From Vicugna vicugna (lineage: Eukaryota), in contig MU058000.1 of the NCBI GenBank assembly GCA_013265495.1, positions 744,001 to 808,000 on the forward strand: DNA of 64,000 bases, written 5' to 3'. A program made the position numbers and the translations under genes. The notes below the pieces were generated by a model. It made no database searches, was not told the origin of the DNA, and worked only from the letters and a program-made list of their open reading frames with translations. Shown here piece by piece: positions 13,274 through 26,934 of the stretch. The stretch's first letter is position 1, and every line of letters starts with the position of its first letter.

Positions 13274-16200
13274 AATCAATGGTATTACATCATTCACCTG
13301 GGAAGCTACCTAAAGGGGATGATACCATCCTTCACAGGTGAATTCCATGACTATTCCAAAAGCTGCCTACATTTAAAATTGTCAGTAAAATAATTCAAAC
13401 TTATGACCAGAGGAACTCATTTCTATTATTCTCAACTCTTTTTCTAGACTTGAGTACTTGGGACCAAGGTATTTTGAGGGAAGCTTTTACCTTTTTCTGA
13501 GGTAGGAGGCAGGGGCATAATGTTGATGCAATGTGGTGAAAAAGGGAAGACACAACTAAAAACATCCCTTGGACACCTCCTTAGTTCCTGGCGTTGTGCT
13601 GGAGTCCAGACTGTGTGGACAATCCAAATATGAAAACAGCATTCTTGCCCTGGAGGACCTGAGCTGGGTAGAGAGATGACTTCCACACAAAGAACCCTCC
13701 TACCAACGGCAGAGCAGGGGGTGGAGGCCCCTCCAGTAAAACCTGCAGTAAAAGTCAGCAGGGAACCTGCGCAGGGCAGCTTACTCTGAATGCCCGGTCT
13801 TCAGGACCACACTTGGCACAAAGAAAGGACTTCCTTGTGAGAAAACATCGATTGAGTTTCATCGAAACTGTCAGTAGGACTTTGTCATGGGGAGAGAAAG
13901 TTATTCAGGGTAAAAATCAAAAGTAGAGGCATAGAGATGGAACATGTTAAGGCACAATGGGAGAAACGGTATAATTTGGATTCTGTCCATTCTAAATACC
14001 AAATGTCCTTCAAATCTGTTCAGTCTCCTCAAACGGAGTCCAGTCACATAGTCCAGGCCACGCGTGTGTTGCCTGGATTACTGCAGTATATTAGGACTAC
14101 CATTAACACAACCATTAACACAGCCAATAACTACCACAGTTTCTAGGTAGCAATGAGATAAATGATATTTTGAGATTTTTCTGTCAGAACCGTAATGTGC
14201 TATGGAAACATCTGTGACTTCTGTTGATGATTAAGCGGGAGGTACTGCTAATACTACTGTGGTTTGTGACCTCACCCACAGCTGAGGGAGATGCCCATTT
14301 CACTAACCTCCCTAGGGGTGAGAGACAATAAGGACCTATCCTCCAAGTTCATGGGCCCTCTGGCTTCTAAGTGGTTCCAAATACCTAGTGCTGATCATCT
14401 GTCTGGCACTGAAAGAACAGAGCCTCTCAAACTCTGCCCTGTAGGACTGGGTGCAGAGAAGCCGTCCTTCCAGAAAGCCCCGCTGCAGCAGGGGTAGCGC
14501 TGCACAGTGTCACCGAGCCTGGACGTCAATCCTAATTCTGTCACTTAACCAACGTGTGGCCTTGGGCATTGGTGTTACCATCTATAAAAGGAAGATCTTA
14601 ACACTAAAAAAAACACCACAGGCGGTAATCAATAAAAGGCACCACAGTTGTCACCTTCTCTTCAGGATTAGTTCATTAGCAATTCTAAAAGGGACTTGCA
14701 AAATCTCTGGTTGGAGGTCACTGGATTTTTTTTTTTAATTAAGTGGTTCCAAGATAGATCATTTAGATGATCTGTTTGGAACACAGCATCTTAGACTCTG
14801 CTGCTCCTTCTCAATTCTGCTCTGCACAGATGGTCCAATAGTCACAAGAACCCATTTCCGTAGGACAGAAAAGCTTCCCCCGAGTCACCTTCTTTGCATT
14901 CTCTGAGGTAAGCAGATAAGAAAGGAAAATATGGGTGCTTTGGTCAAAGAACATACAGGATAAGTGAGATTCCGAGAGACCCATACATAGAAAGCACCCC
15001 CACTGCAGCCACACACGTCCACCACATACATCAATTTTTTTAAAGAAAATTTAAAAGTTTATAGTAAACTATAAACAGGAAAACAAAATGAAAGGAGACT
15101 ATGTGGGAAAAAATTTATTTCAACACTGGCTGCACCTATTCATTCTCTTAATTCTTCCCTGTCATGAAGTTACATTTCAATTAGCAAATACACTTAAGCC
15201 AAGATCACTGGAGAACAGGACTGAGAGCAAGGGCCTTCCAGCCCTGTATCAGAATAATTTATTCCACAAAGATCCACCATGTAATTTCAACATGCCAGGC
15301 AGCATTCTGAGAATATAAAAGGAAAATGATGTGGTTCCTGCTTACAAGAAGACCTCAGTCTGGTGGAGACTCTTGAACAAGTCACTGCCATCCAATGAGA
15401 CAAGCTCACGAAGGAGGCTTGGACACGGCTCCCGGGTGCAGAGGAAGCAGCCCTGGGCACCCAGAAGGCTCTCGGTAACTGCTTCCCACAACTCACTGCT
15501 CACAAACACCAGCCTCTCGTTACCAGGCACCAGGCAGGTAAACTGAGGAAACAGACCTGGATTGAATCCCAACCATCCTTTATATTTGTGTGGCTTTGGT
15601 CAAATCATTTCATCTCTTATGTCTCTACATCCATAAATGGGATAGTAATATCTCCTTTTAAGATTGTGACGATTAAATGTGCACGTGAGTGTGCTTGTGT
15701 GGAACACATTACCACACATAGTAGATGTTCTATAAATAAAAACTATTTTTAAGTTACATATAAAAATCCCTTTAATGGCAAAAATTTGTTTGCAGATTAT
15801 CCATTCTTCACAGGCAGATATCATATATTTTCTCTTTTCTGTATTCACGATGTCTCTTTTCTGTATTTGCAATGACGGGTAAAATACCAGTTTTACTCAA
15901 TAAACTTCCATTTCTGAGAAACTTTTGAACCTCTCTGGAGACACTTTCAGAGAAAGCAGTCATCAGAGTTTTTAAATGCTGATTTAAACCCAAAATATGC
16001 AACTTAATGGGGGCCAAATTTGTGAATGAAGAGAAAAACGGTGTGATTTGCTCTAAAAACATTTTCTCCTCTTCTCTTTTGGGGAGGGGACTATTAGAAG
16101 GAATATGAATTATCACTGAAATTTGTAGCTAGGCAAAATAATTTTTTTAAATATGTTAACTTACTTTGTCTTCCAAGCAAAATATATTCAAGGTGAAAAA

Positions 16201-16964
16201 AAAAATCACAAAACACAAATGTGCCAACGAGAATCCCCTGTAACTCCATCGTGCATGATGATAATTACTGTTTACTGAGAATCTGGGCCCCTGAATCTGG
16301 TCCAGTGCTCTACCAGCTGCAGCAGGATTATGGCAAAACAGGCCACAGAGCAACGAGTTACATCTTGTAGAGAGGCACGCAGCCCCGGTGATGCTTTCAT
16401 ACCATTTTATCCAATACTGACAGCAGAAACTTTCTGGGCATCTACAAAATTCCTGTTAAAATTGAGCTTGAGTCCATAGCTTTCTACTCATGAAAAACAC
16501 CAGTTTCTGAGAGGAAAAAAAAAAAAAGAGAGTCCCACATCCCTGGGGATTTCCTACTGCTCTGGCAAAATTCCAGTGTGATCAGTGAAATGCAAATAAA
16601 TCAAGAACATCTGGTCTACGTTTGTTTTAAAGCCTATAAGAGTTTAAATACAAAGAATGTTTGGCAAAATGTAGTCTTGAGTCTGCTGAACCAGAATTTA
16701 AAAAAAACAAAAACAAAAAACGCCAAGATGTATAGCGGACCATGAGACATACAGAGTAGGCATAACAGTAAATCCAAGAAAGTTTGTCGAAACAGTTCTT
16801 TCTGGTTTCTCTGGCTCCCCAACACTTTTGCAACAGCACGTACTTCCATCTCAGATATGTATGTTTAGGTTTCTGTACCTTGAGACCTGACCAGGGACCA
16901 GGTAGGCACTATAGGTTAGTGAAAGATTAAATTTACTTATATATGTATCTAAATATATACGTGT

Positions 16965-17280
16965 TAATGCCATTTGCAGCAACATGGATGCTCCTAGAGA
17001 ATGTCATTCTAAGTGAAGTAAGAGAAAGAAAAATACCATATGAGATCGCTCATATGTGGAATCTAAAAAACAAAAACAAAAACAAAGCATAAATACAGGA
17101 CAGAAATAGACTCATGGACAGAGAATACAGACTTGTGGTTACCAGGGGGGTAGAGGGTGGGAAGGGATAGACTGGGATTTCAAAATTATAGAATAGATAA
17201 AGATTACACTGTATAGCACAGGGAAATATACACAAAATGTTATGATATATCACAGAGAGAAAAAAATAAATAAATATATA
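16965..17280 (+). mobile_element. Camelid-type L1 3' fragment
   Basis: AATGCCATTTGCAGCAACATGGATGCTCCTAGAGAATGTCATTCTAAGTGAAGTAAG...GGGAAGGGATAGACTGGGATTTCAAAAT. Confidence 0.85.
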
Positions 17281-18379
17281 CATGTATATGTATATTCACA
17301 CATACATAGATATAAATTATATGTATCTGTAGAAATACACATAATTTTAGGACTTTTCAAAATCTTTAATATTCTAATACAAGTTATGAATGTCCAACAA
17401 CGGTGGCCCAGCATGCCCTAGCACACTGGCCCCCCGGAATCCTGGTTTTCACGGGCTGCGGCGTGGCGTACACCTGGGAGAAATGCTGGACTCAAACCCA
17501 AATCGGTTATCAGCATCTGGAATGCAGCTGACTCCCCACCTACAAGCCCACTCCTTTCATTCCAGGATCCACTCAACAGTTATTAAACACCTGCTATGAG
17601 CATCATTTAGTCTCGACGTTCCCTAGTTTGCATATACGCCTGAGCATTCTAATCCCACACTTAAATCGACACCTTTCTTGTGCGTAAAAGAAAACCAAAA
17701 TGGAGGCCACTGCCTAACAACAGCTTGTGCTCCTGCAAACATTTCTGTGTTTCCTCCAACCAGGGAAGCCTGGTTGCAAGGGACTTCCAAGGAAGGTTTA
17801 TCAACTCATTTCAAAGTACTGGCATTCCAGAGCTACTCCGACTGGTGAAGACGACAGGGTGTGCCTGTGACATAGGGAATGGGGGCCCTGGGGAGACAGG
17901 GGCGTTGTTAGGGATCTTGCCTATTCCCACTCCTGCCACTTGCACTGGAAGGCTGAACCCCAGGGCAAACGTCGACACCGCCCTCCAGCTCTGCCCCGCA
18001 CCCTGTGATTTAACCAAGGTGGAGGGGTTTGTCTGCCTTCCTCCTCCTAACTATCCCCTTGGTGAGAAAATGAGAAGAAAGTGTAGGCTGATCACAGAGT
18101 CTTTCCCTCCACAATTACACTGGGAATTGGGTTTGCCAAACCCCTGCAGAACCCCTCCCACAGAAGACAGGGAGGAGGCACGGCGGGCTGAGGCCTGGCA
18201 CAGAGCAACAGAGCCAAGGTAAACAGGCCGGGACTGGGCCACCAGAGTCCCGCTCCACACAGGAGCTGAATCACGGAGCAGCGGCCCTGGCCACATCCTC
18301 ACACAGTGCACTGCCAGGAAAAGCCCGGCTGGCTGGGAGAGGGAGCTCCTGGGGGAGGCTGCAGTCTGCAACTGCTCTT

Positions 18380-18943
18380 TTTTTTCCTTTTTTTGTATAT
18401 ATATATTTTTATTGAAGCACAGTCAGCTTACAATGTTACATCAATTTCTAGTGTACAGCATAATGCTTCAATCATACATGAACATATATTAGTTTTCATG
18501 TTCCTTTTTACCATAATTTACTACAGGATATTGAATATAGTCCTCTGTGCTAATACAGTATGAATTTGTTGAACTTGTTGTTTACCTATTTTATATATAG
18601 TAGTTAGCATCTGCAAATCTTGAACTTTCAATTTATCCCTTCCTACCCGCTCTGCCCCTGGTAACCGTAAGTTTGTTTTCTATGCCTGAGAATCTGTTTC
18701 TATTTTGTAAATACGTTCATTTGTCTTTTTTTTTTAAGATTCCACATATGAGTGATCTCATATGGTATTTTTCTTTCTCTTTCTGGCTTACTTCACTTAG
18801 AATGACAATCTCCAGGTCCATCAATGTTGGTGCGAATGGCATTTTATTCTTTTTTACAGCTGTATAAACATACCACAACTTCTTTATCCAGTCATCTGTC
18901 AATGTACATTTAGGTTGTTTCCATGTCTTGGCTATTGTAAATA
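18380..18943 (-). mobile_element. 5'-truncated L1, minus strand
   Basis: ORF 18717..18959 contains the L1 ORF2 C-terminal FTIAKTWKQPKC..DDWIKKLWY..PFA.T.MDLEIVILSEVSQKEK. TSD-like TGCAACTGCTCTT (18367-18379) / TGCAACCTCTCTT (18944-18956). Confidence 0.9.
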
Positions 18944-21269
18944 TGCAACCTCTCTTCACCCTCTCCTTCCCTCCACAAAGCTATAAGGCATGGGGGTGGG
19001 AGGTGGGCAGATGAACGACAGAAGTTTCCCCAAGGCAGCTCCTCCCAAGGATCCCCAAGCCCTCGGCACAGGAACCAATCATACTGAACTCTTCACAGCA
19101 CCTCTCTGCACTCACCATGGCTCATGGCAGAGGACCGCAAAGCCCTTCTCCATCTCATCCACAGGCATGTGGTTTACAATCGTCCTTGGGGCAATAAAAG
19201 AGTAGGCAGTAATTATCCTTATTTCCTATATCAAAGGGAAATGAGGCACAGAGCTCTTAAATTCAGTTTTGTTTTTTTTTTCACTCCTACAGCACTTTGC
19301 ACTGTAGGAAGCACCTTTGCACACACCCTATTGCCTGGCCTGGGCAGGGACGTCCAACCTCATTTCACAGATGAGGAAGGGAAACTTTGGGGAGAGATGT
19401 GCCCAGAAGACACAGAGACTTATGGGAATCTGCCCTGCAGTCTTGCAGGGTTTCAGTTTACGCCAAGTGAACCATCGAGCCTTGAAGTAGGGCTCTCCCA
19501 GAGGTCGGCCCCTACCACAGGCCTGGTGCCGGGTGGAGGACAGGTAGCCACCCAGCTGGGGGGCTTTCCAGTGTGTATCGATGTCTTTGAAGCTCTCAAT
19601 AGCTCAACTGAAGCATTTATAAATTCCCCACTGCTGGGGAAGATGCGTAAGGTACACAGGCTTAGAAATACTTGGTCATTCTCTTAAACCTGGTTTTCCC
19701 TGGTCCTTCTTCTATCCTGGGACCCAGGATGAGTTAAAGGCTTCTCCAAGCCAGAAATTCACCCAGAGGCACAGGTCAAGACGTTCAGGAAGAGCCTCAG
19801 GGGCTTCCCAACACCGGGACTGCATCCGGACACTGTCCACCCGGCCTGGGCAACTGCTCTCTGAGCCACTCACCTTACTTCCAGGGCCCTGGAGGCACAC
19901 CAGTGCCACCTCTGGGCCTGGAGAGTGGGTGGAGGTGAGATGCAAAGGAAAACCACTCCATCATGAGCAGATGGACACACTGCCAGCACCTGGGCCAATC
20001 CCTTGCCCGATTACTAAAGAACTAGGATATTTCTTTTCAAAATGCACTGTTCAGAAACTTGTTAACGCAGCACAACAGTGTGGGCACACAGCAGTTCTCT
20101 GTAAGCACTCACGTCTGTTAAGGAAACATAAGCTCTTTCCTTGAGTGCTGGAATGAATGAATATATATATATATATATCTCCTCTATACCTGTTGGTACA
20201 GCAGGCCTAGAAGGTGACTGATAACATAATGACTCTGGTGCACTGCCAGGTTTGGGAACCACTGGAAAAGGCTTTGGAACATCAGTTGAAATGCTGATTC
20301 ATGCATTTCTTAGTGGAACTCTCTTCAGTAAGTTTCTTAACTTCCCACAGACTCAGGTCAACTAGGTAGGGAACATGATGCCTGCCCGCTGGATCCTTGT
20401 AAAGGCGGAGACAATCCACACCTGGCACAAAGCATATGCTCAGGAAGTCCGGGCTGTGAATACGACTCCTTCTGCAAAGGAGGCCAGACCTCTAGCCTCC
20501 ACAAAGCCACAGAAACCACCTCCTGCTGAAGGAGAGAACCTCCAGTCCTAGGTTGCATTTGTGTCTCTGGAGTGACCCCAGCCTACAGGCCATTTAGTTC
20601 TTGCTGGGAATGGAAGTGTGTATGCTCTTCTCCATCTGCTCCACCACCTCCCCTCACCCAAAGCCACTCTGCATCCTTCCCCACCTGCTCTGTGTCCTGG
20701 GGGCTGACCTCGGTGGGCTGCCTCACCAGGGCCCCGGGCCCTTTGGCTTCCAGCAGCATCGATGAAAAGCAGCAGCAGCACAAGATCTGGGTATTTGCTC
20801 CCCGCTCTCCCCTCTGCCAAGTGTCCGGCAGTGGTGCTGTCCCATCACAGCCATAGCGCCTGGTGGGGGGGGGGGCAGCCCCTCTTCCATGATTCTAGCT
20901 CCTGCTGCCTCTGCAAGAGCCCATTCATGAAACTCTCTTCAGATAAGCCCTTTTGAAGGTACCATCTGCTACCTGCCAGGACCCTGACCAAAGCAATGGG
21001 GGAGAAGGCTTTCAATAAAAAGGAAGATACTAAAAATAATTACAAGTTTGGAGACAGATTAATAATGTCCAGTTCAGGCTAGGAATCTGGTTTTCATCAT
21101 TTGAACCTCTAGGAATTAAGGCAATTTTCACCTAAGTAGAGAGGCCACTGGAAGAGCAGCCTGAGCCTAGAGACCTTGACTTTTCCTGCAGTTAGGAGCC
21201 CACCTCCGCGTCTCTAAAAGCTTAAGGACGCTGGGGCAGGAGAGGGAAGAAAGTGCACACTGACAATCA

Positions 21270-21490
21270 CTTTTTCTGTGTCAGGCGTTGTGTATGTATG
21301 TTGCTCTCCGTAAGCTGTCTCCCTTGGAGTGAGTAATAACTTGGTGAGGTAAGTACCATTATTATGGCCATTTTCCAGGTGGGGAAATTGAGCTATAAAG
21401 ATATTCAGAATCTTGCCCAAGGTCACACAGCTGGTAAATAGCAGAAGGAGGATCTGAACCTAAGCAGTCTGATTCCAGTGTCTGTGTGCT
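21270..21490. mobile_element. MIR SINE (representative; other MIR-like fragments near 700-910, 2580-2740, 9600-9780, 35770-35970, 47040-47260, 57200-57330, 60700-60825, 63020-63190)
   Basis: MIR core: CCATTTTCCAGGTGGGGAAATTGAG...CTTGCCCAAGGTCACACAGCTGGTAAATAGCAGA...TGAACCTAAGCAGTCTGATTCCAG. Confidence 0.8.
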
Positions 21491-22732
21491 CTCAGCCAAC
21501 ACGTCATCTGCCTCGTCCATGGGAAGAGTTGGCAGGGAGGTTGGGAGAAAGGAGAGGCGAAGGGGAGGTAGGCACAGCCTCTCCTCCTCGCCGCCTCAGC
21601 TCCTGACGGTGCCTCCCCATCCACAAAATGCTTCCAGTGGCGGAGATCGGGTTGTGGGAGCACAGATCAGCCACTGACTGAGATCATCAGTCACAGACAA
21701 CCAAGCAGAATTGAGAGTGTCGGTGAAAACAAAATGCTACAAAGAACTGTGGCTCGTGGAGACAGAGAGACTGTCATAAACTAAGATTCCTTACAATATT
21801 ATCAAATATTAAGCCAAATCCTGCCTGAACCCTTTAGTCTGCAAGAGAGATTCCTCTTTCTACTTGTAGAACCCCCTCCTCAAGAAGTGCACAGCATGAG
21901 GGCAAATGTTAGCCAAATTTGAAAAATTATCCAGAGACAAATTCCTAAACAACATCTTTGAGACAGAAAAACAAGTATTGTTGGACACGCTGGGTAAAAT
22001 CTGAGGAACAATCAGGAACTCTGTCACTTTCAAAGGAAAACAATCCCTAGGGCCAAATAACCAAAACATAAGAACACGCAGCATCTTCCCAGTGCCAACC
22101 TAAAGCCAACCCACAATATAGTGCTTGCTGACAGGCCCATATTCCACCTGCAGAGCCAGCCAGCATTCCATCCTCCACCTACTGGAAATTTAACAAATGA
22201 GAACATGGGATGCCACAGACTGGCGAATAGCTCAATTCATGCACCACCAAATAAACATAACTGCAAAATGATTTGTACTCTAGACGCAGTGGCTGCGTCC
22301 TGATTCTCATTCCACTTCACATAACATCTACTTTTTCTCTGCTTAAATCTAATCCCCCTCTTGCTGAACAGAGAAGATGTGTGGGTGGTGGAATGAAAGA
22401 TTCAGCCTTGTGCATATTACACATAGTTCAGTTATCCAAGGAGAAAATAAATTGCCAGGGAACAGTACTTGTACTGAACAGTCAGAAAATAACACCTTAA
22501 GATATACTGTCAAATGATTTCCCAGTATTTTTAATCTGCCAACCAACCAGCCAGTCTGTATGCATGTTTTCTTTCCCCCAATGCAACTCTGAACCACTTA
22601 GGATTCTACCTTTTTAACTGGATGAATACACCTGAACTCATTGCAAACAAAGCAGTCTGCAGAGATTTGAGAGGTAGCAACAGGTCACCAAAAGTGATTT
22701 GCAGAGCCCTCCAGCTTAGGGCTGTATCTTAC

Positions 22733-22930
22733 CAGTCGAGTCAGCCCTGGAAGCTGGGCCACTCGTCGGCTCCTCAGCACTGATGAGCTGCAGGTCTGTG
22801 TACGAGGGGCCAAAACTAGGGCTACTGGTATCTTCAGAATGTGTGGTCCAGCTGCTCTCAGAGGGCAGAGGGCATCTCCCCAGGGAGTCGAAGGAAGGGC
22901 ACGTCCAGCAGGGCACAGTCAATGATAGGG
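22733..22930 (-). CDS. STON2: Stonin 2, third coding exon (198 nt)
   Basis: Inside ORF 22716..22958: ALSLTVPCWTCPSFDSLGRCPLPSESSWTTHSEDTSSPSFGPSYTDLQLISAEEPTSGPASRADST matches stonin 2. Acceptor TTTTTGGTCTGTCCCCAG|CC, donor ACTG|GTAAGA. Phase 1-1. Confidence 0.97.
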
Positions 22931-24344
22931 CTGGGGACAGACCAAAAACCAAAAGCATACAATATAAATAGTTGTACTTTGTTAATATTTAGTGCTTGTC
23001 TGACTTTGATGTTGTTCAGATCCTATGAAATCTCAACAGCCATACCAGGCAAGGAAGGGTAGGCAGTATCGCTCATGATATCGACGGGGAAAACTAATTG
23101 ACTGAGACCCCACTGTGAGTCAGCATCAAAACAGGGACTAACTAAGGTCACATGACCCTCCAATCAGAGAAAAGCTCACTAAAGGACAGGAGTGGTTTTA
23201 CGGTCTGCTTTTATTTCTGAATCCTGGTTTCACTTCATTTAGACCCAAACTACATGAGCCTTGCAGTTTCATCTTTACTCTTACATTTCCTCCATTTTCA
23301 GTGGCACGCCAACAATCTGAAGAAAACTCAGCAATCTACACTGCAAAATTAGAGCTAGATTGAGTTAAGGGAGAAATATGTGAATATTAACGTATTCGCA
23401 TATGGATGTGATACGTCACTGCTTGCTTTGAGTTTGACTGTAATAAGAATCGGCAAACTGTTACAAATACAAACTGAGATCCACTGGGGCTGCTGACCTG
23501 CAACACAATGAAAAATATCTTTAAGGGGAAAATGCACGGGGTTTGGCTTTATCTCCTTAACCCTGAACATCAAATTCAGTAAAAACCACTTTGGAAAGTT
23601 TCTTCTTCTTCTTTTTTTTTTTTGAAGTCAAATCTTCTAATGTTTCTAATTTGTCTTTAGTTAATTGCCTACCACATGGTTTCCCCATGGTGTTACATAA
23701 GAATCTTACTGCAAATTTACTGACAAGTACTGAAAACCAGTGCTCAGAAGAGTGTGGACACGGACGGAAGAATAAAAAAGAAACTAGCAATTATTGAGTG
23801 CCCATGAAATGTCTTTTGACATGAACTTTTACAAATGTTAGCTCATACTGCCCCATCAATGTTGAGTTAGGCAGTGGTCTTATTTTATACAGCAGGAAAC
23901 AGGCTCAAAGAGGTTAAGTAGCTTGTCCAAAAAGATAGACAGAGTCAGGTCTCCTGGCTAGAGAATCAAAATTATAGTGTTGAGTTAAGAAACAGGAAGA
24001 GAAATTGAGATTTAAGATGGGAAAAAAATAAATAGCAATGTTTGTGACACAGTATAAATATGAAACCACAGAGAATTTTTATTCTGTATTCTCTTAGGCA
24101 TTTATAAGACATACAGGTCTTTTCTCTTCCGGGAGTGCTCATGGCTCACACCCCATTTTCTTTTAAAAATGTCACCCTCTCAGTGAGATATTCCTGAGCT
24201 GTTTTCTCCAAAGAGGCAAGAACTCTCCTCTGCTTTGTTTCTCCTTAGTGTTATCTCTAACATACTAATATCCAATCTTCCCCACTAGAACTCAAGCTCC
24301 TTGGTGGCAGGGGTCTTGGTCTACTATTGTTCACTTCTGTACCC

Positions 24345-24835
24345 TGAAGGGAAACAGAATTTACCACCCCAAAATATGCCTTTTTGGCCTAAGGATTATT
24401 TTAGGCTGATTATTTTTAAGAAATAGCTGACTAGGCAGAAGCTCTGAAAACTGAGTGAAAGTTACCCCTTCATAAGGGATATTCACATTTTTAAGTGAAA
24501 TCTCCATTTGTAAGGCTGTCTCCCTCTCTGTACCAGGAAAAGGAGGAGGGCCAAATCTCTTGAAACCCTTTATCAGTGGACGAGGACTTAAATCCGCATA
24601 ACAGCCTTACCCTTGTTTCCTGGGCTTTTCCTAAAAGCCTCCCCAAACTGGCCTTTCCCTACCCCCAGCATCCTCTTTGCCTTTAGCTGGTGATGGCTTG
24701 GGTTATTTTGGGGAGTTATCCAGTTACAGGAGTATACATGCTATTAAACTTCTGTTTCTTTTTCTCCTATTAATTTTTTATTATATGGGATTCTCAACTA
24801 GAAGGGTAGAGAAAAAATTATTTCTCCTCTGCTCA
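24345..24835 (+). mobile_element. MER34-like ERV1 solo LTR inserted into an L2 3' end
   Basis: Starts TGAAGGGAAACAGAATTTACCACCCCAAAATATGCC, ends ...CTCTGCTCA. L2 tail sequence (TTGTTCACTTCTGTACCC | CCTAGAATAGTACCTGG...CTCAGTAAGTATTTGTTG) resumes across it. Confidence 0.75.
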
Positions 24836-24915
24836 AGCCCCCTTTCCTAGAATAGTACCTGGTGCAAAGGAGGCACTCAGTAAGTATTTGTTGGTTACGT
24901 CAATAGAAGTACCAT

Positions 24916-25083
24916 GGTGGGAGGGTATAGCTCAGTGGTAGAGTGTGTCCTTAGCACACATGAGGTCCTGAGTTCAGTCCTCAGTACCCCCTCAGTACCA
25001 TTAAAAAAAAAGAAAAAAAGTTAAATTAAAATAAATAAACCTAATTACCTCCCCCCCAAAAAACCCCAGCAAACAAACAAAAA
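24916..25083 (+). mobile_element. tRNA-derived camelid SINE (Vic-1-like)
   Basis: GGGAGGGTATAGCTCAGTGGTAGAG (A box) ... GAGTTCAGTCC (B-box-like), A-rich tail with AAACCTAATTACCTCCCC. TSD AGAAGTACCA at 24905-24914 and 25084-25093. Confidence 0.88.
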
Positions 25084-25206
25084 AGAAGTACCACAAATCT
25101 TTCCATAACAGTCTATATACAGACAATTTATACTAAATATAGATTGTTAAAACTGAAATTTTACCTATAAAACTCCCAAACAAACATAGAAAAACAATAA
25201 AACACT

Positions 25207-25300
25207 AAGAAAGAAAGAAAGAAAGAAAGAAGGAAAGGAAAGGAAAGGAAAGGAAAGGAAAGGAAAGGAAAGGAAAGGAAAGGAAAGGAAAGGAAAGGAA
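25207..25300 (+). repeat. Compound microsatellite (AAGA)n-(AGGAA)14
   Basis: Read directly; 14 perfect AGGAA units at 25231-25300. Confidence 0.95.
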
Positions 25301-25614
25301 AGAGAAACAACTGAAAAAAACAAAAGCAAAACTGAACTTGTAAAAGTTTTATCACAGGACTGCCATTTCCTACAGTATTGTAGAATAGACGCTGAACTCC
25401 TGTGGAAATATAACTAAAGTATTAGGTAAATGTAACAACACTATTTAAAATACACTACAGGGCAGGCAAGAAAGTAAAGAGTTATGAGAGGCCAAGTGAA
25501 AGCTGGAACCCAGAAATGATAAGCAGAGCGCACAACCTGATTTTCACACTCTGAGGATTTTGTACAAACCAGTACAAACTAAGTTTCAACTTTTTCAACC
25601 TCTTGTGAAGAAGG

Positions 25615-26135
25615 TGTAGGGGAGCAGAATTTGCCACCCTAAAAGATGTCTCTGGCATATTAATTATTTTAAGCTGGTTATTTTCTAAGAAACCGAAGAC
25701 GGGGGAAAAATTCTGAAAACCAAAGAGGAGCTACCCTTTTAAAAAAAATTTACATTTGTAACAGAAATCTCTTTTGTAAAGGTGTCTCCCTCATGCCATA
25801 CCTAGAAGAGGAGGATGACCAAATCTCTAGAAACTCTTATCAGCGGAGAAGGCTTGGACTTAAACCAGTAGCATAATCAGCCTTGTTTACTCTGCTTTTC
25901 CTGGTAACCTCTCCCCCGACCTCAACATCCTCTTTTGTATTTAGCTGAGGACGGTATAAAAGGTGAAGGTTTCAGTCATTATGACAAGTTACTCAGTTTT
26001 TCTGGGTCTCTCCCATGTTTTCATGTTATTAACCTTTTGTTTGATTTTATTCTGTTAATCTGTCTCAGTTAATTTAATTCCTAGACCAGTCAGAAGAATC
26101 TAAAAGAGGAGAGGGAAAATTTCTTCCTGCCTACA
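25615..26135 (+). mobile_element. Second MER34-like ERV1 solo LTR
   Basis: TGTAGGGGAGCAGAATTTGCCACCCTAAAAGATGTC...TTCTTCCTGCCTACA; clearly homologous to 24345-24835 throughout. Confidence 0.75.
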
Positions 26136-26934
26136 ACGACAAAGGGGAGAAAATCCTAAGGCTTACTCGAGATGGAAAATTTAGCAGAAGATCTGTTGCA
26201 CAAAGCTGGAATTCTCAAAGGGCTAAGCTAAAAGGTAAATTAGGAACATCCCTCCACTAATAACCCTAAGCTAAGGATAGGAAAGGCAACTGCCTCCTTA
26301 AGCCTGGGAGTAAGTTAGTGAAAAAAAAAAATCTGAGACTTTATAACCACAAGTTGTCACATATAGGAGTTTGCAGCTAAAGCTACTTGTGTGGTCTGAA
26401 AAGCTGCCAGTCTGAGAAAGTGGCTGAAGTATTTCCAAGTTGATAGCAGCCTTAGAAACCAGGGAAAAGTAACTACTAATCCTTTCTGGAGAAAGATCCT
26501 TTAAAACCAGCCTTCCCACACAGAATGTTCCTCAGTTGGTGAGCACATGGTAAAAAATAATTAAAACTAACATTAAAATTTTAAAAATCATGAATAAATA
26601 AATCACGAAATACATAAGAAATCAATTTACCATGAATAACAGCCAGCAAGGTATGTGAGAGGGGAGGGAGGACTGGAGGGAAGAAGCAGACAGAATCAGA
26701 CCTACAAAGAATTCAGACACTAGAATTATTAAGCATAAAATATAAGTATGTTTAATACATTTAAGAAAACAAGAAACTAAGAAAAGAAAATATTGAGAAA
26801 GGAGCACATAGAATTCAAAAAGAACTAAATGAACTTTGGAAGAAAAAATACTATTTTATTTTATTTTTTATTGAACTGTAATTGATTTACAATGTTAGTT
26901 TCAGGTGTATGCAAAGTGACTCAGTTAAAATACT

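Noticed and set aside
17680..19687. ORFs of 180 aa (17680..18222) and 187 aa (19124..19687)
   Set aside because: GC-rich intronic sequence antisense to STON2. The second runs through MIR-derived sequence (e.g. PHFTDEE). No recognisable domain.
1..22732. Further STON2 coding exons (DNSSSLQEDEEVEMEAISW..., stonin-homology and mu-homology domains)
   Set aside because: No matching translation in the ORF track or by inspection; they presumably lie beyond position 1. A small alternative exon could have been missed.
24916..24990. tRNA-like sequence (also at 32027, 35584, 53020)
   Set aside because: Has A/B boxes but a degenerate cloverleaf, A-rich tails and TSDs, so these are SINEs rather than tRNA genes.
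24345..26135. Two similar same-orientation LTRs suggesting a provirus
   Set aside because: The 780 bp between them is L2 tail, SINE, microsatellite and old L1, with no primer-binding site or gag/pol. The first LTR is flanked on both sides by L2. These are independent solo LTRs.
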